64,000 nucleotides of DNA from assembly GCA_963664825.1 (NCBI GenBank), contig OY761614.1, positions 2,176,001 through 2,240,000 of the forward strand, given 5' to 3'. The translations under genes were made by a program, and so were the position numbers. The stretch comes from an uncultured Holophaga sp. (GTDB lineage: Bacteria > Acidobacteriota > Holophagae > Holophagales > Holophagaceae). Under the pieces are notes generated by a model. The model ran no database searches and was not told the origin of the DNA. It saw only the letters and a list, made by a program, of their open reading frames with translations. Below are positions 56,962 to 64,000 of the stretch, in pieces. Every line of letters begins with the position of its first letter. Within the stretch, counting starts at the first letter, position 1.

Positions 56962-57401
56962 TGGGGTCCAAACCCTGATACGACATCCTCGTCCGCCCTG
57001 TCATTCGCCAATTGCTCGTGCAGGCCGGTGCGGGCGCTCTTGGCCTTCTTCCACCGGGGGATCAGCTTCAAGGCGGCGTTCTCCTCGGCAGCTTTTCGGA
57101 TCACCTCCACCAGCGTCCAGCCCGCATCCCATGCCAGTTTCACGAAGCCCGGTTGGAGTTCATCCTTGAGGATCTCCTCCGCATTGGGGTATTTCAGGAC
57201 GCGGTTCGCCGCCTTGGTGGCCATGATCCGGGCCAGACGATTCTCTTTGATGTCCTCGCTGCCCTCGAAGAGGTAGTAGCTGATCTCCACCTTCTTGCCG
57301 GGCTTGGTCACCAGGAGCAGAGGGGTCCGCTTCTCGGGTACCGGATCGGTGGCCTTGGGGGTGGTGTCTTTCTTGGGCGCGATGGGTTGTGTGCTGGCCA
57401 T
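56943..57401 (-). CDS. Hypothetical protein
   Basis: GGAGG RBS before MASTQPIAPKK; GC3-rich codons. Confidence 0.72.
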   Translation of the reverse strand: MASTQPIAPKKDTTPKATDPVPEKRTPLLLVTKPGKKVEISYYLFEGSEDIKENRLARIMATKAANRVLKYPNAEEILKDELQPGFVKLAWDAGWTLVEVIRKAAEENAALKLIPRWKKAKSARTGLHEQLANDRADEDVVSGFGPHQGAGV

Positions 57402-57672
57402 GATGAGATCCTCCAGGGTGCCCAGGGCTGGTTGTCCTGGGAGATGGGCAGCCTTGCTTGCCCTCAACCTGAATATTCCAGTCACCATGGCCTTCTGGCA
57501 CGCCATCACCTGCGCCTTGCCGCATCAAATCTAGCTTTCAGAGCCTATCGGGGTGTCGACCAATCGGGTAATAGCCTCCCAACCTCGGCGGGCATTACGG
57601 GCATATAGAATGATTTGGGGCAGTATTTTTATGAAAAATTGGCCGGTGTCCAGATGGGGTTGGGCCGCCTGC

Positions 57673-57846
57673 ACCTAACCGCCCTAATATCAACGCTGCC
57701 CGTAGTCTACGAAGACTCCGGGCAGGGCCTGATCCCTGGAAATTGGTCTATCCGAAGCGGCGCGATGAGGGGAGTGTAGGAATCAGAGCGATTGGTGGTG
57801 GTTGTAAGCGCAAGAGGTAGCGTCAGGGCTGAACGATTGGTTAGGC
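57673..57846 (-). repeat. attC-like site D (truncated or chimeric)
   Basis: 57752-57846 closely matches attC C and ends GTTAGGC on plus; the remainder is unrelated sequence bounded by ACCTAAC at 57673. Confidence 0.7.
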
Positions 57847-57941
57847 CGTGATTGAGCTTGAGGCTCATGCGGGCCAACCTTGGTTTGGAGACGGATTGGG
57901 ACGAGCGCGATTGTTGGAACCACAACGCCGAAAATGATGAT

Positions 57942-58481
57942 TCATTTTTTTAAGCCAAAGATCTCGCAAACCCACGAGAGTCTGCTTGCTTGAACTCCAA
58001 GAACAAAAGCAGAGACTAAGAAAATAAAATACGCGAGCCAATAATGAAAGGGCACATTGTCCAAGAGCCAGCGAGGAGTTAACTTTTCTGGAGGTGGAAG
58101 CCTAAATTCTGCTTGAGAAGACTCTGGGAGGATGGCCGTAATATTTGATTCGTTAATTTCGTCTGCTCTAGCCAATGTCAGACCACTTTCAAAATCTTCC
58201 CTTGCTGTTAAAAAGACAGCTTTTATTTTTTTTAAAAAATCAAGTTTGGTAGACATAATTACCGGTTTTTCTGCTTCGACGAGAGCCTTAAAGTAAGAGG
58301 AATCATCGCCAAATGCATTTGATATTAGACTACGCACCTTTGCGCGCCAATTTAAGAATTGCTCTTCATCCACTTCTTCATAGGTTCCAACATATTCGGA
58401 ATGTATCGTCCTTCGAGTGGCCTCCAGAGTGGCCAACTGTTCAACAAGTTCCACAAACCGCTTTTCGATTGCCTGGCTCAT
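57942..58481 (-). CDS. Cassette gene: helical N-terminal domain plus C-terminal TM helix
   Basis: AT-rich ORF between attC-like sites. Confidence 0.75.
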   Translation of the reverse strand: MSQAIEKRFVELVEQLATLEATRRTIHSEYVGTYEEVDEEQFLNWRAKVRSLISNAFGDDSSYFKALVEAEKPVIMSTKLDFLKKIKAVFLTAREDFESGLTLARADEINESNITAILPESSQAEFRLPPPEKLTPRWLLDNVPFHYWLAYFIFLVSAFVLGVQASRLSWVCEIFGLKK

Positions 58482-58533
58482 TTGGTTCTACTCCGAGTTG
58501 ATGCCTAGTAATGAATTGGCGGAGTTGGGTGTG

Positions 58534-58650
58534 GCCTAACGAGTGAGTTAACCGGCGCTACCGAGGCGGCGCGTTGAGTGGAGATGAGGAATCGGAGTGA
58601 CTGGTGGTGGTTGTAAGTACAAGAGGTAGCGTCCGGGTTGAGCGTTAGGT
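58534..58650 (-). repeat. attC-like site C (5-nt deletion in the R''-L'' spacer)
   Basis: GCCTAAC...GTTAGGT ends; internal arms accggcgctacc/ggtagcgtccgggtt. Confidence 0.85.
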
Positions 58651-58651
58651 T

Positions 58652-59692
58652 TCACTTGCGACCCCATACACTTACAGACTTGGCATCATAGATTCTTACT
58701 TTACATTTAAATTTGTTTTGAATATTTTCGATATGTCGTTTATTTTCATCTGAATATACACCAATGTAAATGCTATTTAGCTTTGGAAATTCCTTTCGTC
58801 CGAATTTTGCAGCTCGATTGATTGCTTCGATAATGTGTTCGTCGGAAGACCCAAAATTAAATCCGAACGTAACTAATGACCCTGTGATTTTAGACATAGA
58901 ATCATAGCAAAAGGAAAGATAGTGATTGTGCATTATATGAGACAATTTTTCTTTCCCGTCACCTGCGGTCACGAAAATTGGATATTCACCTTTATCCATT
59001 CGTTTTCCAACTTTTTCAAGAAGAAAATTGTGCTGATCATATTCTTCTTTAACGATGTATGCACCTGTATCAAAGAATGGCAGAGCGCCATGTACGTAAA
59101 ATACGTTTTGTTCATCTCTATTTTTTCCCCAGCGTAATTCTGACCAAATAAACTCCTCAGGAGGGTCGTCCGGGTTCTCGAGATCTCTTCCGAATCCATC
59201 CACATGATTTATGACCGCATTTCGCATTAGAACCCAATAGAGAAGTAAATCATAATTGGTGGAAAAAATTAAACCTTCTGTGTCAAGAAATATCTTAAGA
59301 AATTCTGAGCATGCCCTGCTCTCTGATTCAGGTATTGTAAACACGTGTTCTGGATGAAGAGATTTTACCGCATCAAGTAGGCTTGTTTTTAGCTTTTTGC
59401 TAGCTCCATCAATTTTAGCTTTTAGATTTGGATCACCACCAAATGTTTCAATTAGTGACGAAAAATTATCCAATTGTTGCATTATGACTTCGAAATTTTT
59501 TGTCTCGATCACCTTGAGAATTTTGGAAAGATCTTCATTATCGAGTTTTTGAATGAATTCGTGCAACGCATTATAAGAAAAAATCTCCTTATCATAAGAC
59601 ATGCTAAAACCATTGCCGAGTAGCAGGTGAAACTCTCTGTCTCGGTTTTTTGCAATCGATTTTAAAACGTCGTCAAAGGATTCGAGTTCCAT
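58652..59692 (-). CDS. Cassette gene: DUF4917-like Sir2-fold protein
   Basis: LLLGNGFS, STNYDLLLYW, DGF, VHGAL, FGFNFGSSDEHI. Confidence 0.85.
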   Translation of the reverse strand: MELESFDDVLKSIAKNRDREFHLLLGNGFSMSYDKEIFSYNALHEFIQKLDNEDLSKILKVIETKNFEVIMQQLDNFSSLIETFGGDPNLKAKIDGASKKLKTSLLDAVKSLHPEHVFTIPESESRACSEFLKIFLDTEGLIFSTNYDLLLYWVLMRNAVINHVDGFGRDLENPDDPPEEFIWSELRWGKNRDEQNVFYVHGALPFFDTGAYIVKEEYDQHNFLLEKVGKRMDKGEYPIFVTAGDGKEKLSHIMHNHYLSFCYDSMSKITGSLVTFGFNFGSSDEHIIEAINRAAKFGRKEFPKLNSIYIGVYSDENKRHIENIQNKFKCKVRIYDAKSVSVWGRK

Positions 59693-59733
59693 CGGAAACC
59701 TCCATGTGAAAACTCTGAACAGACGAGGGTGAA

Positions 59734-59857
59734 ACCTAACGATCGAAGCTAACCGGCGCTGCCGAAAGCGGCGCGGAGCGAGAGTGACGGGAAATCCGGA
59801 CGATGATGAGGACGGTGCCTCGCGGAGGCAGCGTCCAGGTTGAGCGCAAGGTTAGGA
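59734..59857 (-). repeat. attC site B (apparently intact, 124 bp)
   Basis: Minus strand tcctaac-cttgc-gctcaacctggacgctgcc...ggcagcgccggttagc-ttcgatc-gttaggt; upstream gene stop lies in R''. Confidence 0.9.
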
Positions 59858-60469
59858 GCTCCCAGGGGATGGAAGTTCGTTGTCTTCAAGAAGGACAAGC
59901 ATGTTGTAGGCCTTGTTTGCGCATGATTGTATTTCTGGGGATGGTTCACAGACGGCATACAAGGACTGGAATTTGCCTCCAACTCGGTTGATAAATTCTA
60001 GGATTTTATTTTTTCTATTATTAATACTTATATGGACGAGATACATTGCGACACTTAATGGAAAAAATAGATACGAAGATATTATAACCCATGCGCAATA
60101 GTTTGAGCCACAACTCCGGTCAACATAGACACCATTTAAGGCGTAATGTTCAGCAGCATGCCATTGACAAAATTTGTTATTAAAAAACCTAGAATATGCT
60201 GCTTGAATAAAGGCTATAAGTGTCAATATAATACGAAAAAAGAATGCAGTGCGGAAACCAACGATTGGAATAGAACTATATGTTAATAAGTCGTATGAAA
60301 TTGCTATAAGCATAGGAGTGTATTCTTTTTTAAGGTGTTGATTCATTTCTCCGCTAAGTTTTAGTCTTTTAGGGATTGGTTTACCTTCAATGGTAACCGT
60401 CACTGCCCAATTTGGGCCATAAAATGTTGTTCCATGCTTTGTTGAACGACCGTCGATTCTATATTCCAT
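59852..60469 (-). CDS. Cassette gene: divergent DUF1385-like membrane protein
   Basis: WHAAEH, RSCGSN, FQSLYAVCEP; hydrophobic segments. Confidence 0.7.
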   Translation of the reverse strand: MEYRIDGRSTKHGTTFYGPNWAVTVTIEGKPIPKRLKLSGEMNQHLKKEYTPMLIAISYDLLTYSSIPIVGFRTAFFFRIILTLIAFIQAAYSRFFNNKFCQWHAAEHYALNGVYVDRSCGSNYCAWVIISSYLFFPLSVAMYLVHISINNRKNKILEFINRVGGKFQSLYAVCEPSPEIQSCANKAYNMLVLLEDNELPSPGSS

Positions 60470-60482
60470 GGATGCTCACAGC

Positions 60483-60545
60483 GCCTAACGATGGAGCTAA
60501 CCCGCGCTGCCGAGGCGGCGCGGCGAGTTGGGTGAAACGAGGATT
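60483..60545 (-). repeat. attC-like half site A (only the R'/L' arm)
   Basis: Minus strand cgcgccgcctcggcagcgcgggttagctccatcgttaggc; no matching other arm seen. Confidence 0.8.
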
Positions 60546-60806
60546 CATCCCGAGTCTGACACTATGCTGGTTTCATTCCAAGGGGAACAATTCCCTACGG
60601 TGAACCTCCTGATGCTCCATCCCGATGTGGGTGAGCCAATAGCCTCGGCTCCATCACACGAAACTGTGAATCGTCCTTCTCTCACCCATTTGACGCAGAT
60701 CCCGAGCTTTTGAAATCCCCCCGTGCCGGTCCCCCCGTGTCCCTGGGAAAAGGGGGGGGGACCGGTGCAGGGCTGGATCCTGGTTATTTCCCGGGAGGAG
60801 GCCGCA

Positions 60807-61892
60807 ATGGCAAGGGAAAAAGGAAATACGGGGCTGCGAGGTGGACTCCGGCTCCGCAACGGAATCTATAACTTCCGATTCAAGTTCAAAGGTGAGGTGA
60901 TATCCGGGTCCACGGCTTGCCGGGATCGGAAGTCAGCAGAGCGATGGCTACTCCAGTTCCGGTCAAAACTCGCCCTGGAGAACATCAACCTCAAGGAAAC
61001 CAAGATCCCGACCTTCGGGGATTGCTATCACCTCTGGACCAAGGGAAGGGCTCCAAGGCTGGCCGAGACTTCCTTGAAGATGTATCGATGTCATTGGCGG
61101 CGAGTCTGGAGTCCATGGAAGGACATCAAGCTGACGGAGCTTCAGCCTCACATTGATACCCTATACACCACCTATAAGATTGGACATGCCGACGCCAGCC
61201 AACGAGAGATGTTTAGTAAATTGAAAAGCATCCTGAATTTCGCCAAGGAAAGGTGCATCCACAACCTGCCCTTTGATTTCCCCTTGGTAAAGGTCAGTCA
61301 TGCCCCAAAGGTCGTGTTGGTTGGTGATGAGATCACGACCCTCTTTGATCACCTCAATAAGATCGCCAATCTCCAGCAACAAGTTTTGATAAGAAGCATG
61401 TTCCATCTGGGCTTGAGGGTAAGTGAGGCCTATAACCTCCGATGGTCCGGTTACGACGAAGCTCGCCGAACCTACACCTTCATCGGCAAGGGAGGGAAAG
61501 AGGCCACCCTGCCGGTCATCGATGAGATGGCCGAATGGTTTGCCAAGCTTCCAAGGGTTTCAGACCTCATGTGCCCACGGTCCGATAGATCAGATCTACC
61601 CCGTGCGACCAAGTATACGGATGAGGTCTTGAAGCAAGCCGCCGCCATGATGGGTTTGATTGGCTTCAGCCATCATCGGCTCCGGGCTTCACTTGCCACC
61701 CACCTCCTCAATAAGGGGGTTCCTCCGACCCAAGTGCAGGCCATCCTTCGGCACGAATCAATCCAAACCACGGTGGCCCATTACTACCAACAAGATCTCA
61801 AGACCCTCCGAGCGGCCATGGAAGCGCACCACATCAGCACCCGCCCCACGGACCCCGATACCCTCCCGAAGATCATCCCCTTCGCCTGCTAG
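60807..61892 (+). CDS. Tyrosine recombinase, phage-integrase type with N-terminal arm-binding-like domain
   Basis: GLRVSE, GKGGK, HRLRAS, LRHESIQTT..YY; N-terminal RNGIYNFRF...GST; RBS GGAGGAGG. Confidence 0.92.
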   Translation: MAREKGNTGLRGGLRLRNGIYNFRFKFKGEVISGSTACRDRKSAERWLLQFRSKLALENINLKETKIPTFGDCYHLWTKGRAPRLAETSLKMYRCHWRRVWSPWKDIKLTELQPHIDTLYTTYKIGHADASQREMFSKLKSILNFAKERCIHNLPFDFPLVKVSHAPKVVLVGDEITTLFDHLNKIANLQQQVLIRSMFHLGLRVSEAYNLRWSGYDEARRTYTFIGKGGKEATLPVIDEMAEWFAKLPRVSDLMCPRSDRSDLPRATKYTDEVLKQAAAMMGLIGFSHHRLRASLATHLLNKGVPPTQVQAILRHESIQTTVAHYYQQDLKTLRAAMEAHHISTRPTDPDTLPKIIPFAC

Positions 61893-61907
61893 ACCCGCCA
61901 ATGCCCC

Positions 61908-61938
61908 AGAGCCCCCGGCCAATGGGGGCTCTTCTTCT
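61908..61938 (+). terminator. Terminator after integrase
   Basis: agagccccc-ggccaat-gggggctct-tcttct. Confidence 0.65.
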
Positions 61939-61971
61939 AGAGCGGGATCCCCTGGTTCTACTTCAGTTCCC

Positions 61972-62014
61972 GGTTGTCCCCTGTGGTTGTCCCCCGCCGC
62001 TGGGTGGTTGTCCC
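61972..62014 (+). repeat. Three GGTTGTCCC direct repeats, candidate integrase arm sites
   Basis: Copies at 61972, 61985 and 62006. Confidence 0.65.
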
Positions 62015-62152
62015 GATATGCTGCCACCCCAATCCCTCCCGATTTGGTTCAGAAAGGGATTCTCCCGAATTTATGTTCGTCTTTTTTCTAAAATTCGTTT
62101 TTTGTGCTTGCGCAAATCGGATAAAAAGCGAAACTAGGTTCGAGGTGATCCC

Positions 62153-62374
62153 ATGAATCTCGAGCGTACCCCCCGGAATGGTGAGCTAAAGTCCTTTGGA
62201 TACAAGCAGATGGGCTACTTCATGGAGTATGGGCCCATCTATGCGCGGGATCTGGATGAAGCTCGAGCCCTCATCCGGCAGCGCCTCAATGCCCGGCGCC
62301 TGCCCTGGGGTCTCCAGATCTGGGATCTGGCTAAACGCCCCCTGGCCAAGTGGCGCGTGGCTGAGGCCTCCTGA
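62153..62374 (+). CDS. Small hypothetical protein
   Basis: GAGGTG RBS; 73 aa. Confidence 0.7.
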   Translation: MNLERTPRNGELKSFGYKQMGYFMEYGPIYARDLDEARALIRQRLNARRLPWGLQIWDLAKRPLAKWRVAEAS

Positions 62375-62397
62375 TCGCAGAGCGTGGTTCCTGAGGG

Positions 62398-63555
62398 TCA
62401 GCGTTTCTTCTTTTTCTTGCCCTTTTCGGATCCGAAGACCTTGGCCAGGAAGCCCTCGTCCTCCGGGGCTTGACCATCCTGGCGCATGGTCTGCAAGAGG
62501 CCGCGCACGAGTTCCTGCTGCTCCTCACTCAGTTTGGTGGGAACGGCCACGCGCAGGTGCAAGTAGAGATCCCCGCGCCCTGATCCCCGCAATCGGGGGA
62601 CGCCCCCATTGGAGAGCTTGACCACCTTATCGCCGGGGGTTCCGGGGGCGATGCGGATGGAATCCTGCCCATAGAGGGTTTCCAGGGGGAGTTCGCCACC
62701 CAGGACTAGCATGGGCCAGGGCACCTCCAGGCGCCGATGCAGATCGAAGCCGTCGCGTTCGTAGAGGGGATCCTGTTCGATATCGAAGACGACGAAGAGA
62801 TCTCCTGCGCCTGCGCCCGCTCGACCAGCCTCCCCCTCGCCTTCCAGGCGCAGGCGCTGGCCGCGGTCCACGCCGGCCGGGATGCGGAACTTCACCTTGG
62901 TGCGGCGCTGGATGCGGGCTTCACCCCTGCAGGAGGGGCAGGGGCTCTGGATGATCTTGCCCCGGCCCTCGCAGCGGGGGCAGCTCACGTACATCTGGAG
63001 GAAGCCCTGGCGCATGGCCACCTGGCCGTTGCCGCGACACTGGGGACAGGTGAGGGGGGAGGTGCCCTCGGCACATCCGCTGCCGTGGCAGGTGCCGCAG
63101 GCCTCCAGCCTCGGGATCTCGATCTCCTTGATATCCACCCCGAAGACGGCCTCCTTGAAGGGCAGCTTGAGGGTGTATTGCAGATCCGAGCCCCGTTCAC
63201 CGGAACCGGAGCGGCGTCGGCCTGACCCGAAGAGATCGCCGAAGATGCCTCCACCGCCGCCGAAGAAACTGCCGAAGATATCCTGGAAATCCGTGAACTG
63301 GTTCGGATCGAACTGGAAACCGCCCTGGTTGGGGGCGTCGAAGCCGAACTGATCGTAGTGGGGGCGCTTATCGGCGTCCGAAAGAACCGCGTAGGCCTCG
63401 GCGGCCTCCTTGAACTTTTCCTCGGCCTCCTTGTTCCCCGGATTCTGGTCCGGGTGGAACTGCATGGCCAAGCGGCGGTAGGCCTTCTTGATCTCGTCGA
63501 GGGAGGCCTCACGGCCTACGCCTAGAATCTCGTAGTAATCACGCTTCGCACTCAT
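62398..63555 (-). CDS. dnaJ: Chaperone DnaJ
   Basis: J domain with HPD, G/F region, four CxxCxGxG-type repeats. Confidence 0.97.
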   Translation of the reverse strand: MSAKRDYYEILGVGREASLDEIKKAYRRLAMQFHPDQNPGNKEAEEKFKEAAEAYAVLSDADKRPHYDQFGFDAPNQGGFQFDPNQFTDFQDIFGSFFGGGGGIFGDLFGSGRRRSGSGERGSDLQYTLKLPFKEAVFGVDIKEIEIPRLEACGTCHGSGCAEGTSPLTCPQCRGNGQVAMRQGFLQMYVSCPRCEGRGKIIQSPCPSCRGEARIQRRTKVKFRIPAGVDRGQRLRLEGEGEAGRAGAGAGDLFVVFDIEQDPLYERDGFDLHRRLEVPWPMLVLGGELPLETLYGQDSIRIAPGTPGDKVVKLSNGGVPRLRGSGRGDLYLHLRVAVPTKLSEEQQELVRGLLQTMRQDGQAPEDEGFLAKVFGSEKGKKKKKR

Positions 63556-63578
63556 CCTTCCAGACTAGCAGAAGGACC

Positions 63579-64000
63579 CTACAGGAGTCCCTTGGGTCCT
63601 CGGATCGAGGCGTCCTGGCCATTCTCCAGGGCGCTCATCATGGCCTCGCTGGCAGCGAGCACGGCGTTGGTGAGTATCTTCTGGACCTCCAGGAGCTTGC
63701 TTTCGCAGGTCTTAACCCCAGTGATGTCCTTGGTGGCCACGGCCTGCCGGGCGGCGTTGAGGGTCTCCCGGACCATCTCCTGTTCGTCATTGGAGAGGTA
63801 TTTGCCGCATTCGGTGAAGCTCTTGTCGCAGGAGAAGAGCAGGCCCTCGGCCGAAGCGATGTACTTCAGCTCGTCCCGCCGCTGGAGATCGGATTCCGCA
63901 TTGGAGGAGGCCTCGCGGATCATTCGCTGGATCTCCAGTTCGGAGAGCCCCGAACTGGGCCGGATGCTCATGCCCTGTTCGAGTGCGGTCATCAGGTCCT
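63579..64000 (-). CDS. dnaK: Hsp70/DnaK C-terminal part; starts outside the window
   Basis: SSGLSELEIQRMIREA lid helices; directly upstream of dnaJ. Confidence 0.8.
   Translation of the reverse strand, partial: DLMTALEQGMSIRPSSGLSELEIQRMIREASSNAESDLQRRDELKYIASAEGLLFSCDKSFTECGKYLSNDEQEMVRETLNAARQAVATKDITGVKTCESKLLEVQKILTNAVLAASEAMMSALENGQDASIRGPKGLL

Larger units (their letters stand above)
55560..62030. mobile_element. Genomic island with tyrosine integrase and attC cassette array; boundaries approximate
   Basis: Shift to lower GC, orphan genes, integrase, attC-like repeats. Confidence 0.65.

Noticed and set aside
57673..60545. Repeats as a CRISPR array
   Set aside because: Units are about 120 bp, separated by whole genes, with attC-type ends; no cas genes
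60717..60772. ccggtcccccc/ggggggaccgg hairpin as the same family as the hisH repeat, or as attI
   Set aside because: Shared part is mostly a G run; no attI features can be established by eye
60807..61892. Calling the recombinase intI or xerC/xerD
   Set aside because: No visible IntI insertion; has an arm-binding-like N-terminus and is too divergent from Xer
55515..62379. TGATCGCA at 55515 and 62372 as attL/attR
   Set aside because: Only 8 bp, both overlap TGA stop codons, and it does not extend; chance is plausible
1..64000. tRNA or rRNA genes
   Set aside because: No cloverleaf or rRNA signature noticed; not computationally excluded

Overview
GC-rich bacterial chromosome segment; gene style suggests Acidobacteriota/Holophagaceae (inference only). 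Most of it is core or metabolic: queD, ldh, nth, two cold-shock genes, dacB, an ABC transporter with no binding protein, a membrane Ser/Thr kinase, moxR, pepF, a nitrite/NO cluster (ccsBA, nrfAH, Crp/Fnr regulator, hcp), purM, folE, a BlaI/BlaR1-like pair, a his operon, SOD, hemerythrins, dnaJ and the end of a dnaK. Unusual structure read directly from the DNA: (1) an island at about 55.6-62.0 kb with four related attC-like sites separating three AT-rich gene cassettes (DUF1385-like, Sir2-like DUF4917, a TM protein), arranged like an integron but next to an arm-type phage integrase rather than an IntI; (2) two His-rich leader-peptide attenuators in tandem before hisG; (3) about 216 bp of palindromic repeats inserted in frame in hisH; (4) three genes followed by a diverged copy of their own 3' region; (5) an unannotated DEPP leader peptide that folds back on its own RBS before the ABC transporter; (6) a TPR receptor-like kinase convergent with a small protein ending in C-x4-W-P. 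Family names come from recognised motifs, not database searches, and identities were counted by hand.
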